A DNA stretch of 59,035 bases from a virus (IMGVR_UViG_3300015245_000041:1-59035); one strand, 5' to 3'. Positions 35,338-44,127 are shown, counted from the stretch's first letter. The notes: a model not told the origin generated them from the letters alone. Numbers and translations: made by a program.

Positions 35338-35580
35338 CTACTTATCCAATCTATGGTTTTCCATCCAGGCTTTTACCTGGGGGTCTTCGGTCCAGTCGGT
35401 ACTCCAGCGGGGGGTGTCAAAGCCTCGCTCGAGGGCATGATCTACTTCTATGGGGTGTCCTCGACGTAGTTCACATCGGCCCCAGATATTGCTGTCTTGT
35501 CTCGGTTCACGGACAGCCCGGCATTGTTGCCAGGGCCATCTAGCCCACCCCAGTTCTTGCTCTTTCATCGAGCCATCCAT
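35338..35580 (-). CDS. Hypothetical protein
   Basis: C...RCEL..GH...H motif. Confidence 0.55.
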   Translation of the reverse strand: MDGSMKEQELGWARWPWQQCRAVREPRQDSNIWGRCELRRGHPIEVDHALERGFDTPRWSTDWTEDPQVKAWMENHRLDK

Positions 35581-35855
35581 TCCATGAGGTTACGGGCCCT
35601 ATCTTGCCACAGGTAAAACTCTGCTCGGCTTTCTTGAGCATGACGACCCGGCTCGTTGGTGAAGAGACTATCCAGCGTTAATCCTCGGCGGGGGTCACAC
35701 AGGGCGAACAGCTTACGGGCTAGATCAATCTCTGTGATGGGTCTATCCCACGAGATCTTTAGGTTAGAGGCTCCTCTGTCAGAGGTTGATCGAGACTGGT
35801 CTCTGAGGGGCTCGGTCCTCTCGAACTCCGCGCCAACATCCGCTCGTTCTCCCAT
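35565..35855 (-). CDS. Hypothetical protein
   Basis: Operon-packed. Confidence 0.5.
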   Translation of the reverse strand: MGERADVGAEFERTEPLRDQSRSTSDRGASNLKISWDRPITEIDLARKLFALCDPRRGLTLDSLFTNEPGRHAQESRAEFYLWQDRARNLMEWMAR

Positions 35856-36031
35856 TTCTCTTGCAGCTCCTTAGCTTCTGCTAGATGAACATATAATCTA
35901 TAGACATTCATGGTAGCGACGTAAAGTTGGGCATCTAAGTGATTCTCAAAACTAGCTACTCTAATGTCTGAGTGCTTGGGTAGGCGGTCTGGCTGTAAGA
36001 AGACTGTGCGGCCTATGGCTCTGAGCTTCAT
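35759..36031 (-). CDS. Hypothetical protein
   Basis: ATGA overlap. Confidence 0.55.
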   Translation of the reverse strand: MKLRAIGRTVFLQPDRLPKHSDIRVASFENHLDAQLYVATMNVYRLYVHLAEAKELQEKWENERMLARSSRGPSPSETSLDQPLTEEPLT

Positions 36032-36354
36032 GACCAGCTTCTTGTCAAGTTGCGGATGCGGTTGGCAGAATCTTCATAACCAGCCATACGTCCTCGAGCA
36101 TTGCTGTTATTGCTACCGTAGGTTGTTTCTCTGATCCTATCTCTGACCGCTAGGAGATGATCCGGTAGCTCCACTATCACTGACTCTCTATCCTTGATGA
36201 ATGCTAGCAAAGCCTGGGCAACATCGCGGGCTTTACCCTCTTGGAAAACTCCGGTGTTTTCCATGGATTCCCAGCAAACTGAGGCCGCTCCGACAGCCTG
36301 ATACACAGCAGACTCTAGACTAAGGCTGCCATCATCTTCTTTATGAAACTCCAC
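36028..36354 (-). CDS. Hypothetical actinophage-type protein
   Basis: AVYQAVGAASVCWE...GVF...A motif; AGGAGG RBS. Confidence 0.7.
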   Translation of the reverse strand: MEFHKEDDGSLSLESAVYQAVGAASVCWESMENTGVFQEGKARDVAQALLAFIKDRESVIVELPDHLLAVRDRIRETTYGSNNSNARGRMAGYEDSANRIRNLTRSWS

Positions 36355-36619
36355 CTTGGACCTCCTGTTGGACTAGCGTCGGGTTCGATTCGTTGGTGTG
36401 GGCGGTGATTTCCCACGTGATGCCGAGCTCTTGAGAGAGCTTTTGGATAGCCCAGAATGTGAGGATAGTGTGCCCGCGCAGCAATAATTGTGCGCCCCTG
36501 CCTGACAATCCTAGGGTCTTCCCCAGGTCTTCCGTTGACTTGCCTTGCAGTGATGCGTGACGCCTAATGGCTTCTAGGAAAACTGCCTTGACGTCGTCGG
36601 CTACAAACTGACTATTCAT
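36341..36619 (-). CDS. XRE-type HTH protein
   Basis: STEDLGKTLGLS...LLRG...LT...I.KL...LG; AAGGAG RBS. Confidence 0.7.
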   Translation of the reverse strand: MNSQFVADDVKAVFLEAIRRHASLQGKSTEDLGKTLGLSGRGAQLLLRGHTILTFWAIQKLSQELGITWEITAHTNESNPTLVQQEVQGGVS

Positions 36620-36800
36620 TGCTCTCCTTAAGGGAGAAAATAAGGGTTTGGATGAAGATAGGTACTTCCTTGACGAGAAACTCGCGGTCATCCACACCGA
36701 GGTGGGCTAGCTTGGAGGTCACGTCCTTGGGGGTTACGTGAGATTTCTTGGCGATTTGGCTGCAGTTCATTTTTTGTCTCCCCAGCCCATCATCCACCAT
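36612..36800 (-). CDS. Hypothetical protein
   Basis: Overlap-coupled to the HTH gene. Confidence 0.45.
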   Translation of the reverse strand: MVDDGLGRQKMNCSQIAKKSHVTPKDVTSKLAHLGVDDREFLVKEVPIFIQTLIFSLKESNE

Positions 36801-36924
36801 AGGATGTTAATCCCCAGTAGGAGGAATAGGACTATTAGACCGTAGGTTAGGTCGATGAAAAGTAATAGGAGTTCTCCTAGCAATACTAAGAGACCTCCAC
36901 TGGCTTTGGCCGGCGGTTTTTTAC

Positions 36925-37296
36925 TCATAACTCTACTCTGTAGATCGGGATGTGCATACGGGTGGCTTTTTCGATGCAGTCTTTGGTTCCTTTGCCTCCG
37001 GGGAAAGCAATCACTAGGTCAGGATGAAAAAGTCTTAGCATGACTCGGTTGCGGATGGGGCCGGCGGGGTCTCCATATTTATACCAGAGAGCTGGGTAGG
37101 GGGTAACAGGAATATTGTTGGCGTCTGCCCAGTAGCCGGCGAGACGGTCGGCTCCACCGTCCTCACAGTCGCCGTGAGCGAGTTGGGTTATGCTTGGTTC
37201 TAGATGTTTATAGCCTTCGGTGTGGATCTTGTCGAGCTCCTTTGAGAGGGTGGCATAGTCTTCGTAGAATCTACCGCCCGTCACCACTACCCTCAC
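36925..37296 (-). CDS. SLOG/YspA-like (DUF2493) protein
   Basis: VVTGGR, HG...GAD, AGPIRN..M, IAFPGGKGT. Confidence 0.88.
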   Translation of the reverse strand: MRVVVTGGRFYEDYATLSKELDKIHTEGYKHLEPSITQLAHGDCEDGGADRLAGYWADANNIPVTPYPALWYKYGDPAGPIRNRVMLRLFHPDLVIAFPGGKGTKDCIEKATRMHIPIYRVEL

Positions 37297-37556
37297 GGAT
37301 AGCCCTCCGATCTATAGATACAGTTGTTTGGATGATGTCCAGGGGCATGAGGGGCTTGTCGCATCGGTTGATGGGGCAATAATTCACTAGGCGACCGCTG
37401 TCGGGCTGGACCCCATGTACGAGGCAATAAAGCTTGGTAACTATCATACTCTTATTTTACCACAACGGCGGCACAGCGTAAAGGCATGTTCATGATGAGG
37501 AGCAACTAGTACATACTTATGATGATGAGTGATTACACACCATACCCAGCCCCACA

Positions 37557-37889
37557 TTATGAGTCTTCATAGGATCGGTTACGAGCTCGGCGTAGGGCTT
37601 GCTCACGACGAACTGTCTGAACACTGTCGATATTTTCGGGGCTACCGGGCATGTCATGTAACTCGCAGGGTCTAGCACCATCCCAGCCGTGATTGCGACA
37701 GTATACATCCATGTTACCTACGTATCCATTTTCATTCTCGTAACAAGAACAGCAATAACAATTATCTCGATGCTCGATGGTAACTACGGGTATGTAAATA
37801 GTTGTAGTAGTTACTCCCGGGATCTCGTGAGTATGTACTAGATTACCATTCTTATCTTTACGGTAGTTTTCATTGGCATAAATACCCAT
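37557..37889 (-). CDS. Cys/His-rich hypothetical protein
   Basis: TGACCGAGGAGGAG RBS and promoter. Confidence 0.7.
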   Translation of the reverse strand: MGIYANENYRKDKNGNLVHTHEIPGVTTTTIYIPVVTIEHRDNCYCCSCYENENGYVGNMDVYCRNHGWDGARPCELHDMPGSPENIDSVQTVRREQALRRARNRSYEDS

Positions 37890-37919
37890 GTAACTCCTCC
37901 TCGGTCAGTGATTGGGTTA

Positions 37920-37949
37920 ATCTTATATGCTAGATGAGTGCGGTGTCAA
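37920..37949 (-). promoter_or_regulatory. Sigma70-type promoter
   Basis: TTGACA-N18-TAAGAT; shares CTAGCATATAAGAT with the 11714 promoter. Confidence 0.8.
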
Positions 37950-38390
37950 TTACTGATATTCCGCAGCTAACTGTAAATGATCTTCTAAGTATTGAACTGC
38001 AAACTTTAAAAGTTCAAGATTATCCGAAAAATTTCCCAATCCAGCGTTACATTTGTAACAGAGCATCCCCCTGACTAGGTGTGTTAGGTGATCATGGTCT
38101 ACAACCAAACGTACTTGTCTGCTACAGATCATGCATTTGCCATCAGACATTTGTTTAAGTGTTAGATAGGTATCTAGTGTTAATCCATATTTTTTACTTC
38201 TTAGTTGATCTTTTCTGCGTTCTGCCCATACCTTATCCTCTTTGTAGCGTCTATTTCGAGAGATATTAGTAAGCTTATTAGCACATAGTTTACAACGTCT
38301 TTGATATCCATCTAGGTTTTTCTTTTGCTTATAGAACTCATCGAGAGGTTTGGTTTTTTCGCAGATATTACATTGTTTTGTTGTTTTCAT
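37950..38390 (-). CDS. Endonuclease VII-type HNH endonuclease
   Basis: KYGLT...C.IC...VDHDH...VRG.LC..CN.GLG. Confidence 0.9.
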   Translation of the reverse strand: MKTTKQCNICEKTKPLDEFYKQKKNLDGYQRRCKLCANKLTNISRNRRYKEDKVWAERRKDQLRSKKYGLTLDTYLTLKQMSDGKCMICSRQVRLVVDHDHLTHLVRGMLCYKCNAGLGNFSDNLELLKFAVQYLEDHLQLAAEYQ

Positions 38391-38396
38391 ATGTTA

Positions 38397-38425
38397 ATTA
38401 TCTCATTAGTCAACACTTTAGTCAA
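38397..38425 (-). promoter_or_regulatory. Promoter for leaderless HNH gene
   Basis: TTGACT-N17-GATAAT-N6-ATG. Confidence 0.6.
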
Positions 38426-38526
38426 GGCAAACTCCATAGATTTATTCCAGACCCTGTTGGATCCCTCCGGTACGGTGTAAGTTGCGGGATTTTTTCGAGT
38501 ATGAGAATATGTGATCATGCGTTAAG

Positions 38527-38582
38527 AGCCCGTTGACGGGCTAGCCCCTAACCGGGGCCCGTTCTCCTCTCTTCGGAGAGGA
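38527..38582 (+). promoter_or_regulatory. Three tandem hairpins in the virion-operon leader
   Basis: AGCCCG/CGGGCT, GCCCC/GGGGC, TCCTCTC-TTCG-GAGAGGA. Confidence 0.55.
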
Positions 38583-38589
38583 TACTCTC

Positions 38590-38835
38590 ATGTTAGGGGC
38601 ACTTATGCGGTATCAGACTACATGTGACCACTGCGGTCAGCATGACGATCATCCGAAACTCCATTATGGGGAGAAAACGTATCACCATGATTGTACACCT
38701 GCACCAGTGAAGGAAGAGATTTTGAGTGGTGTTCACAGTGAGAGTGCTGAGATCACTGCGGCGATTTTTCAGGCAGCGGAGGATGGGGTTCATGGAGATA
38801 TGCTTCTGGCGAAGATTGAGGAGCTGCACTCATGA
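38590..38835 (+). CDS. Small Zn-binding protein
   Basis: C..CGQ.DDHP.....H.DC; ATGA overlap. Confidence 0.65.
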   Translation: MLGALMRYQTTCDHCGQHDDHPKLHYGEKTYHHDCTPAPVKEEILSGVHSESAEITAAIFQAAEDGVHGDMLLAKIEELHS

Positions 38836-39281
38836 CCAAATTCACGACCTTTGCTAATGATGTCCTTGATATGGAGTACGGTGGTTGGGCTGCTGCCGGG
38901 TATACGGCAGGTACAACTTCGATTGTTCAGCTAGGTGGAACTCCGTATACGTATCCTGTTAAGATGGAGTTTACTACCACGGTCTCTGTTGCTGCTACAC
39001 CGGGTACTGTATTTTCGGGTGGCTCTTATCCCGCTGGTGGTATTACACTTGTCGGTGCGGTTCCAACGACTGGTGCCGCATCTGGATCTAAGACAAACTC
39101 TTCGGGTGCCATTACCGCGACAAACATGCCTGCGGGTACATGGGCAGACGCGTATACGCATGATAGTACGGGGACGCCTAAACCAATGAACTTCCGGGGT
39201 GGCGCTTCTCTCGCTAAGACAGTCAACTCGGGTGATACTTGCTCTGTACCGATCAGCTCGTTTACCGGGACCGAGACGTGA
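38832..39281 (+). CDS. Putative virion fibre-associated protein
   Basis: GGSY...N..AIT...W...KTVNSGDT pattern. Confidence 0.65.
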   Translation: MTKFTTFANDVLDMEYGGWAAAGYTAGTTSIVQLGGTPYTYPVKMEFTTTVSVAATPGTVFSGGSYPAGGITLVGAVPTTGAASGSKTNSSGAITATNMPAGTWADAYTHDSTGTPKPMNFRGGASLAKTVNSGDTCSVPISSFTGTET

Positions 39282-39817
39282 GCACGCTTGGGTTCGTTGA
39301 CGTTCTCGCGAAGTCTGAGAGCGACGGCACCGCGCTCAACACCAGCACCACCCGAACATCGCTCACGCCTGCGAGCGCCCGCTACCTCACCCCGCCGACC
39401 GAGTTCTGGCGGGTCGGCAAGCTGTTACGGCTCAAGGCTATCGGCCGGATCTCGACGTTCACGTCGGGCACGTTGACGCTCTCGTTCGGTGTCGGTGCGG
39501 TGGACGCCTGGGCGTCGCAAGCGTTGACGATGGTCGCGTCACAGACGAACCAAACATGGTGGCTGGATCTGATGATGACGGTTCGCGCGGTCGGTGCCGG
39601 CGGCTCAGCAACCGCGAACCTGCTCGGTGTGGGCTCTATCCAGGCCGGGGCGGCGATCACGGCATCCGCCACGCAGCTGCCAGCTACAGCGCCAGCAGTT
39701 GGAACCAGCTTCGATCCCGGCGCGGCCTCGATACTTGATCTGTTCGCTACGTGGTCAGTGTCGAACGCGGCCAACTCGATTCAGACGCACCAGTACATCC
39801 TCGAGGCCCTGAACTAG
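39278..39817 (+). CDS. Putative virion structural protein
   Basis: GTGA overlap; beta-rich in T/S/A/G; GC-rich. Confidence 0.65.
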   Translation: MSTLGFVDVLAKSESDGTALNTSTTRTSLTPASARYLTPPTEFWRVGKLLRLKAIGRISTFTSGTLTLSFGVGAVDAWASQALTMVASQTNQTWWLDLMMTVRAVGAGGSATANLLGVGSIQAGAAITASATQLPATAPAVGTSFDPGAASILDLFATWSVSNAANSIQTHQYILEALN

Positions 39818-39847
39818 CCCCTCTTATCTAAAGGAGGGTTCAGTCGC

Positions 39848-42364
39848 GTGGCGATTAGCTTCATTCGAGGTAACTTTCAGGACGATGGGGCTACTAGCGA
39901 GTCTTCTATCGTTTCTACGTTCGCCTCGAACAACGCCGGCAACCTGCTGATCGTCACTGTGGGGTTCCTAGACGCGGCTGGCACCGGGTTGGCCACGTCG
40001 ATCGTCGATACCGCAGGTAATACCTGGTTCCAGGCTGGGACGAAGGTTCGCAACGCAACTCAGCAATACGCACTTCAGACGTTCTATGCGTGGGGCTGTC
40101 GAGCTTCCGCTAGCACGAACACTGTCACAGCGACGTTGAGTACAGCGGAGACGTTCGTTCACCTACACCTGCAAGAATACCATTCTACAATTAGTTCATG
40201 GTTAACCGACCCGTTAGATAAGATATCATCGGGTACAGGTAGCGGTACTGCGATGACTGCTACTTCCGTAACCCCATTGAATAGTAACGAGCTAATATAT
40301 TCAGTAGGAGCATCGGGGTCAGGTAACGTCTCCGCTAGTGCGGGTATGACAATTCGTGAACCAGCTGCTGCAAATGCGTCGACTGGTTCAGCCGATTCAA
40401 TTCAGACAACTCCTACCGCTACATCTGGTCCTTTAACTGCGTCCGCATCTGGACAATGGGCACTTCAGCTGTCGACGTTTAGAGATGCTTCCCTTGCGCC
40501 GGTAGTCGTTAGTAGCGGGGCAATCGTTGATACCACTAGCCTCACGTACTCAGTCCCGGTGCCGACTGGCGTCGTAGCCGGATCGTTAATCGTCGCTTAC
40601 ATCTACGGAGCGTGGTTCAGCTCCACCACCCCGACAACGGCTGCGTTTACCCCCCCGGCTGGGCAAGGCTGGGTGATAAAAGACATCGTTAGCCATCTGC
40701 TCAACGGCCCTAACCAGCACGCGATGATCGTGGCCTACAAGTACGCCACAGGCGCAGATAGCGGTAGCTATTCATGGACTACCAACGCTCTTGGTGCCGT
40801 CGATCCGTCATTCTCCTCGGGTGTTGCGCTTCGGGTGACGGGCGGTGCGACTTCGGGTGACCCGTTCGCCGATGCAATCCAGAAAGGGTCCTCGGCTGAC
40901 GGGTCAAGCTCGGTTGTGGTGGCTTCGTTCACGCCCGGCGGCGACAGCACTTTGCTCGTAGGGTTCGCGGAAGACGCGAACGGCGCGACGGTTAGCCTGC
41001 CCGGTGGCTGGACATCACTGGCGACCAGCACGGGCGGCGGTGCGTCGGGCGGTTCGGTCCTGGGTGATCTCACCCAGAGCACTGCCGCAGCTACAGGCAC
41101 GTTGACCTTCACCAGTACCGACAGCACGTTCAGCAAGCTTGCCCTGGTCGGCACCTTCCGGGCGCCGGGCATCCCAAGCGGGCTACGTCCACCTCCATTC
41201 TTCCCGCCGCTACGTGCGCCCAAGTTCTACTTCCGCCGATCAGTTCAAGGTATTATCACAGTTGCTACTCAAACTGTTTCTTTTGCTATGACTGGAGCAG
41301 GTACTTTAGCTATTACTCCGGTAGATACGATATTACCAGTAATTTCTATGAGTGGTTCTAGTAGTTTAAGTATTTCGACAGTTGATACTATCACCTCGAC
41401 TGTTACTATGTCTAGTAGCGGATCTCTCGCTATAGTTGCTTTGGATATAGTCACTGGGGTAATTAGTTTTACCGGTAGTGGATCATTAAGTATTACTCCA
41501 TTGGTAACTAAGATTACTACTTTAACTATGAGTGGTATTGGAACCTTTAGTATTACTTCATTAGTAACTGAGATTACTGCTATAACTTTTAATGGCTCAA
41601 GTACATTAGCTATTGCTGGCATAGATACAGTTCTTAGTTTAGTTACTTTTACGAGTAGTGGAACCCTATCAATAACTCCATTGATTACTCACCTGACTAC
41701 AGTCGCGATGACTGGGTTGGGTAGTATGAGTATCACGGCGACAGATACCATCTTCTCAACAGTAACTATGTCTGGAATTGGATCTCTAGCAATAGCTATA
41801 TCTGGGATTCAAACTGCAGCAATAGCAATGAGCAGTTCAGGGTCACTAAGCATTACTACACTTATAACTGATATTGCTACAATTGCTATGACCGGTGGTG
41901 GCATCTTAACCATAGCTACGGTGGATGTGATATTCGCTATAGTTAGTATGGTCGGTAATGGTAGTCTAGTGATTACTCCCCTGGTTACTAAAATTGCTGT
42001 GATAGCAATGACTGGGTCTAGTAGTCTCTCGGTAACGGGCATTGTCCTCAAAACAACGACGATCGCGATGGTTGGTTCGGGTTCACTAGCGGTGATTGCG
42101 GTGGTTACTCGGATAGCTCTCATATCAATGACGGGTTCAACTAGCCTATCACTTGTTGGTGTGGATATTGTTATTGGGCTGATTACGATGTCTGGGTTTG
42201 GTGTCTTAGCTGTTGTTTTAACTCCAGGTTCTACAACTCCTATAGTTATTGTAGTAACGTTGGGGGCATTTGGATGGTTGGGTTCACTTGTATCACAACC
42301 AGTAAGAGACCTAGTTATGGGAGATAATCTATGGTCTGGACAGTTAGGGGCTCAGAATGGCTGA
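39848..42364 (+). CDS. Large fibre-like protein: two beta-rich N-terminal domains + 16x20-aa repeats
   Basis: AAGGAGG RBS; Pro linker; periodic M/F-x-G-x-G-S-L. Confidence 0.8.
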   Translation: MAISFIRGNFQDDGATSESSIVSTFASNNAGNLLIVTVGFLDAAGTGLATSIVDTAGNTWFQAGTKVRNATQQYALQTFYAWGCRASASTNTVTATLSTAETFVHLHLQEYHSTISSWLTDPLDKISSGTGSGTAMTATSVTPLNSNELIYSVGASGSGNVSASAGMTIREPAAANASTGSADSIQTTPTATSGPLTASASGQWALQLSTFRDASLAPVVVSSGAIVDTTSLTYSVPVPTGVVAGSLIVAYIYGAWFSSTTPTTAAFTPPAGQGWVIKDIVSHLLNGPNQHAMIVAYKYATGADSGSYSWTTNALGAVDPSFSSGVALRVTGGATSGDPFADAIQKGSSADGSSSVVVASFTPGGDSTLLVGFAEDANGATVSLPGGWTSLATSTGGGASGGSVLGDLTQSTAAATGTLTFTSTDSTFSKLALVGTFRAPGIPSGLRPPPFFPPLRAPKFYFRRSVQGIITVATQTVSFAMTGAGTLAITPVDTILPVISMSGSSSLSISTVDTITSTVTMSSSGSLAIVALDIVTGVISFTGSGSLSITPLVTKITTLTMSGIGTFSITSLVTEITAITFNGSSTLAIAGIDTVLSLVTFTSSGTLSITPLITHLTTVAMTGLGSMSITATDTIFSTVTMSGIGSLAIAISGIQTAAIAMSSSGSLSITTLITDIATIAMTGGGILTIATVDVIFAIVSMVGNGSLVITPLVTKIAVIAMTGSSSLSVTGIVLKTTTIAMVGSGSLAVIAVVTRIALISMTGSTSLSLVGVDIVIGLITMSGFGVLAVVLTPGSTTPIVIVVTLGAFGWLGSLVSQPVRDLVMGDNLWSGQLGAQNG
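41281..42240 (+). repeat. 16 degenerate 60-bp (20-aa) coding repeats
   Basis: ATG or TTT codon recurs at the same offset every 60 nt. Confidence 0.85.
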
Positions 42365-42668
42365 ACAAATATGGCGAGTAGCTGTTGAAGCTAAACTCTG
42401 GATGGGTCCCGTTTCTGTAACTTTTAATGGTATAGAAACTACATATCCCTGGAAATTACAACTTGTTCTACAGGGTGAGTACCCTGATGACGGTCTTTGG
42501 CAAGACCCCATTACAGATCCTCTTAATCTTGTTGTAGGTAAGGGTATGCAGTTGAATAAGGTAACCCCGGAAGATGCGGGAACCTATAAAGTCTGTGTAC
42601 AAATTAATCCCCCCGCTTCTTCTCAGCAACCAGTACTGAAAGAAGTCGCTACCCTAGTGAGATACTAA
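42357..42668 (+). CDS. Ig-like fibre adaptor candidate
   Basis: DAGTYKV.V motif; follows the fibre gene. Confidence 0.55.
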   Translation: MAEQIWRVAVEAKLWMGPVSVTFNGIETTYPWKLQLVLQGEYPDDGLWQDPITDPLNLVVGKGMQLNKVTPEDAGTYKVCVQINPPASSQQPVLKEVATLVRY

Positions 42669-42676
42669 GGAGTGAT

Positions 42677-43528
42677 ATGACCAGACCAATAATTTCCCCG
42701 GTTAGACCTCTACTTAGACCGCCTAAAGGTTTCATCTTTGTTGAACCAGCTACTCCGAGGTTAATTGATTTCTTTCATGATGAGATGTTCCTTCGTCCAG
42801 CCACACCTCGAGTGGTGAACTTTACGGAAGCAAAGGATGTCTATCATGAGCGGGATGAGAACGGGGTGATGGGTGAGTTCATCATAGATGATCGTCCTGC
42901 TAGTCAGGCGGACTTCAGTGGTAGGGGTAATCCCAATCTCCTCATGACGCATGCTCAGGTAAATCGACGGGCGAACCGACGAGCTGCTAAAGGTAAACGA
43001 ATTACTAAGGAAGCTTGGAATGCCACCATGAAGCCCATTGAAGAATGGGATGAAGAAGAGTTGGCTAGAGGTCGACCTCGGAATGCCGGGGGTACTTTTA
43101 CTGGACCTAAGCCCAAGTTCTTGCCTCGTGAAGTACATGAGCGAGCAGTAGAACGATTCAAAGGCATTGTTCGCTCGGAAATGAACTATCAAACCCTCTC
43201 GGCTCTAAAGACTGTTGAGACAGTACTTAAGAGTGAGGAAGTAGATCACAGAGGCAAGCCTATTGTCTCAGCTGGAGTAAAAATTCAAGCAGCTACGTTT
43301 CTGATCGAACATGTTATTGGTAAGCCCACACAACCTATCAATACCGATGTTTCAGTGAAGTTGCAGGGGATCTTGGGTACAGTAATGGTCAATCCCGTGG
43401 AAATGCAGGGAAATGATCAATATACGGCGGCGCATATGGGCGCACGTGCAATAGCTGGAGCTCCCCAGGTTGATTCTGGAATCATTGAGGCAGAAGTCAT
43501 CGATGATGAGGATAACGATGACGACTAA
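42677..43528 (+). CDS. Terminase small subunit candidate
   Basis: WD.EELARGRPR..G.F; helical core; upstream of TerL. Confidence 0.6.
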   Translation: MTRPIISPVRPLLRPPKGFIFVEPATPRLIDFFHDEMFLRPATPRVVNFTEAKDVYHERDENGVMGEFIIDDRPASQADFSGRGNPNLLMTHAQVNRRANRRAAKGKRITKEAWNATMKPIEEWDEEELARGRPRNAGGTFTGPKPKFLPREVHERAVERFKGIVRSEMNYQTLSALKTVETVLKSEEVDHRGKPIVSAGVKIQAATFLIEHVIGKPTQPINTDVSVKLQGILGTVMVNPVEMQGNDQYTAAHMGARAIAGAPQVDSGIIEAEVIDDEDNDDD

Positions 43529-43793
43529 CGATGGTGAACGGTGTGGTCTATGTGGTAAATATCGAAGGGAACATAGTTCACTTAATCATGAGTTTTCAGT
43601 TACAGGGCAACTAATAACCAAACCACCACCAGAACCTACTAAAATAGTGGTTAGTTCCCCTGATCACGTTCTTAGAGCTTTACTCATAGATCTTGGGGTA
43701 ATCTCAGGTCATCAACTAGTAGAAAAGGAGGCTGAATTTCGTGACAAGTTCTCTCGGAATTCATCTAACTCCAACCCTGCTAGCGGAAATTGA
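43518..43793 (+). CDS. Small Zn-finger protein
   Basis: C..C....H...H.F; GAGGA RBS. Confidence 0.6.
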   Translation: MTTNDGERCGLCGKYRREHSSLNHEFSVTGQLITKPPPEPTKIVVSSPDHVLRALLIDLGVISGHQLVEKEAEFRDKFSRNSSNSNPASGN

Positions 43794-44127
43794 TCGGATA
43801 GGTAAAGAGAGAGCACCTTCAGAAGCATGTGGGGTCTTATTAATGAGGCCTCGGTACCATACACCGGAATCTCAGGTGGTTGAATTGCCCAATCGTAGTA
43901 TGAGGGCTCATGATACCTACGAGATTTATACTGGGGATATGAGAATAGAACTGGGTAGTTGGATTCATGATACTTCCGAAGAAGAAATATCTCATATGGC
44001 TATCTGGCATACTCATCCTCAGGGTAATATTGGACCATCTGGACGAGACATGAAAACTCGTAATAAAGAACTCAATTACTTGGTAGTAGCTCTTACTGAT
44101 ACTGGACCAATTCCCACTTGGTTCTAG
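43741..44127 (+). CDS. JAB/MPN+ (JAMM) metalloprotease
   Basis: P.EACG...WHTHPQGNIGPSGRD = E...HxH-x7-S-x2-D. Confidence 0.9.
   Translation: MTSSLGIHLTPTLLAEIDRIGKERAPSEACGVLLMRPRYHTPESQVVELPNRSMRAHDTYEIYTGDMRIELGSWIHDTSEEEISHMAIWHTHPQGNIGPSGRDMKTRNKELNYLVVALTDTGPIPTWF

Noticed and set aside
36341-36619. Immunity repressor implying lysogeny
   Set aside because: Mid-operon XRE gene; no integrase, ParAB or att context recognised
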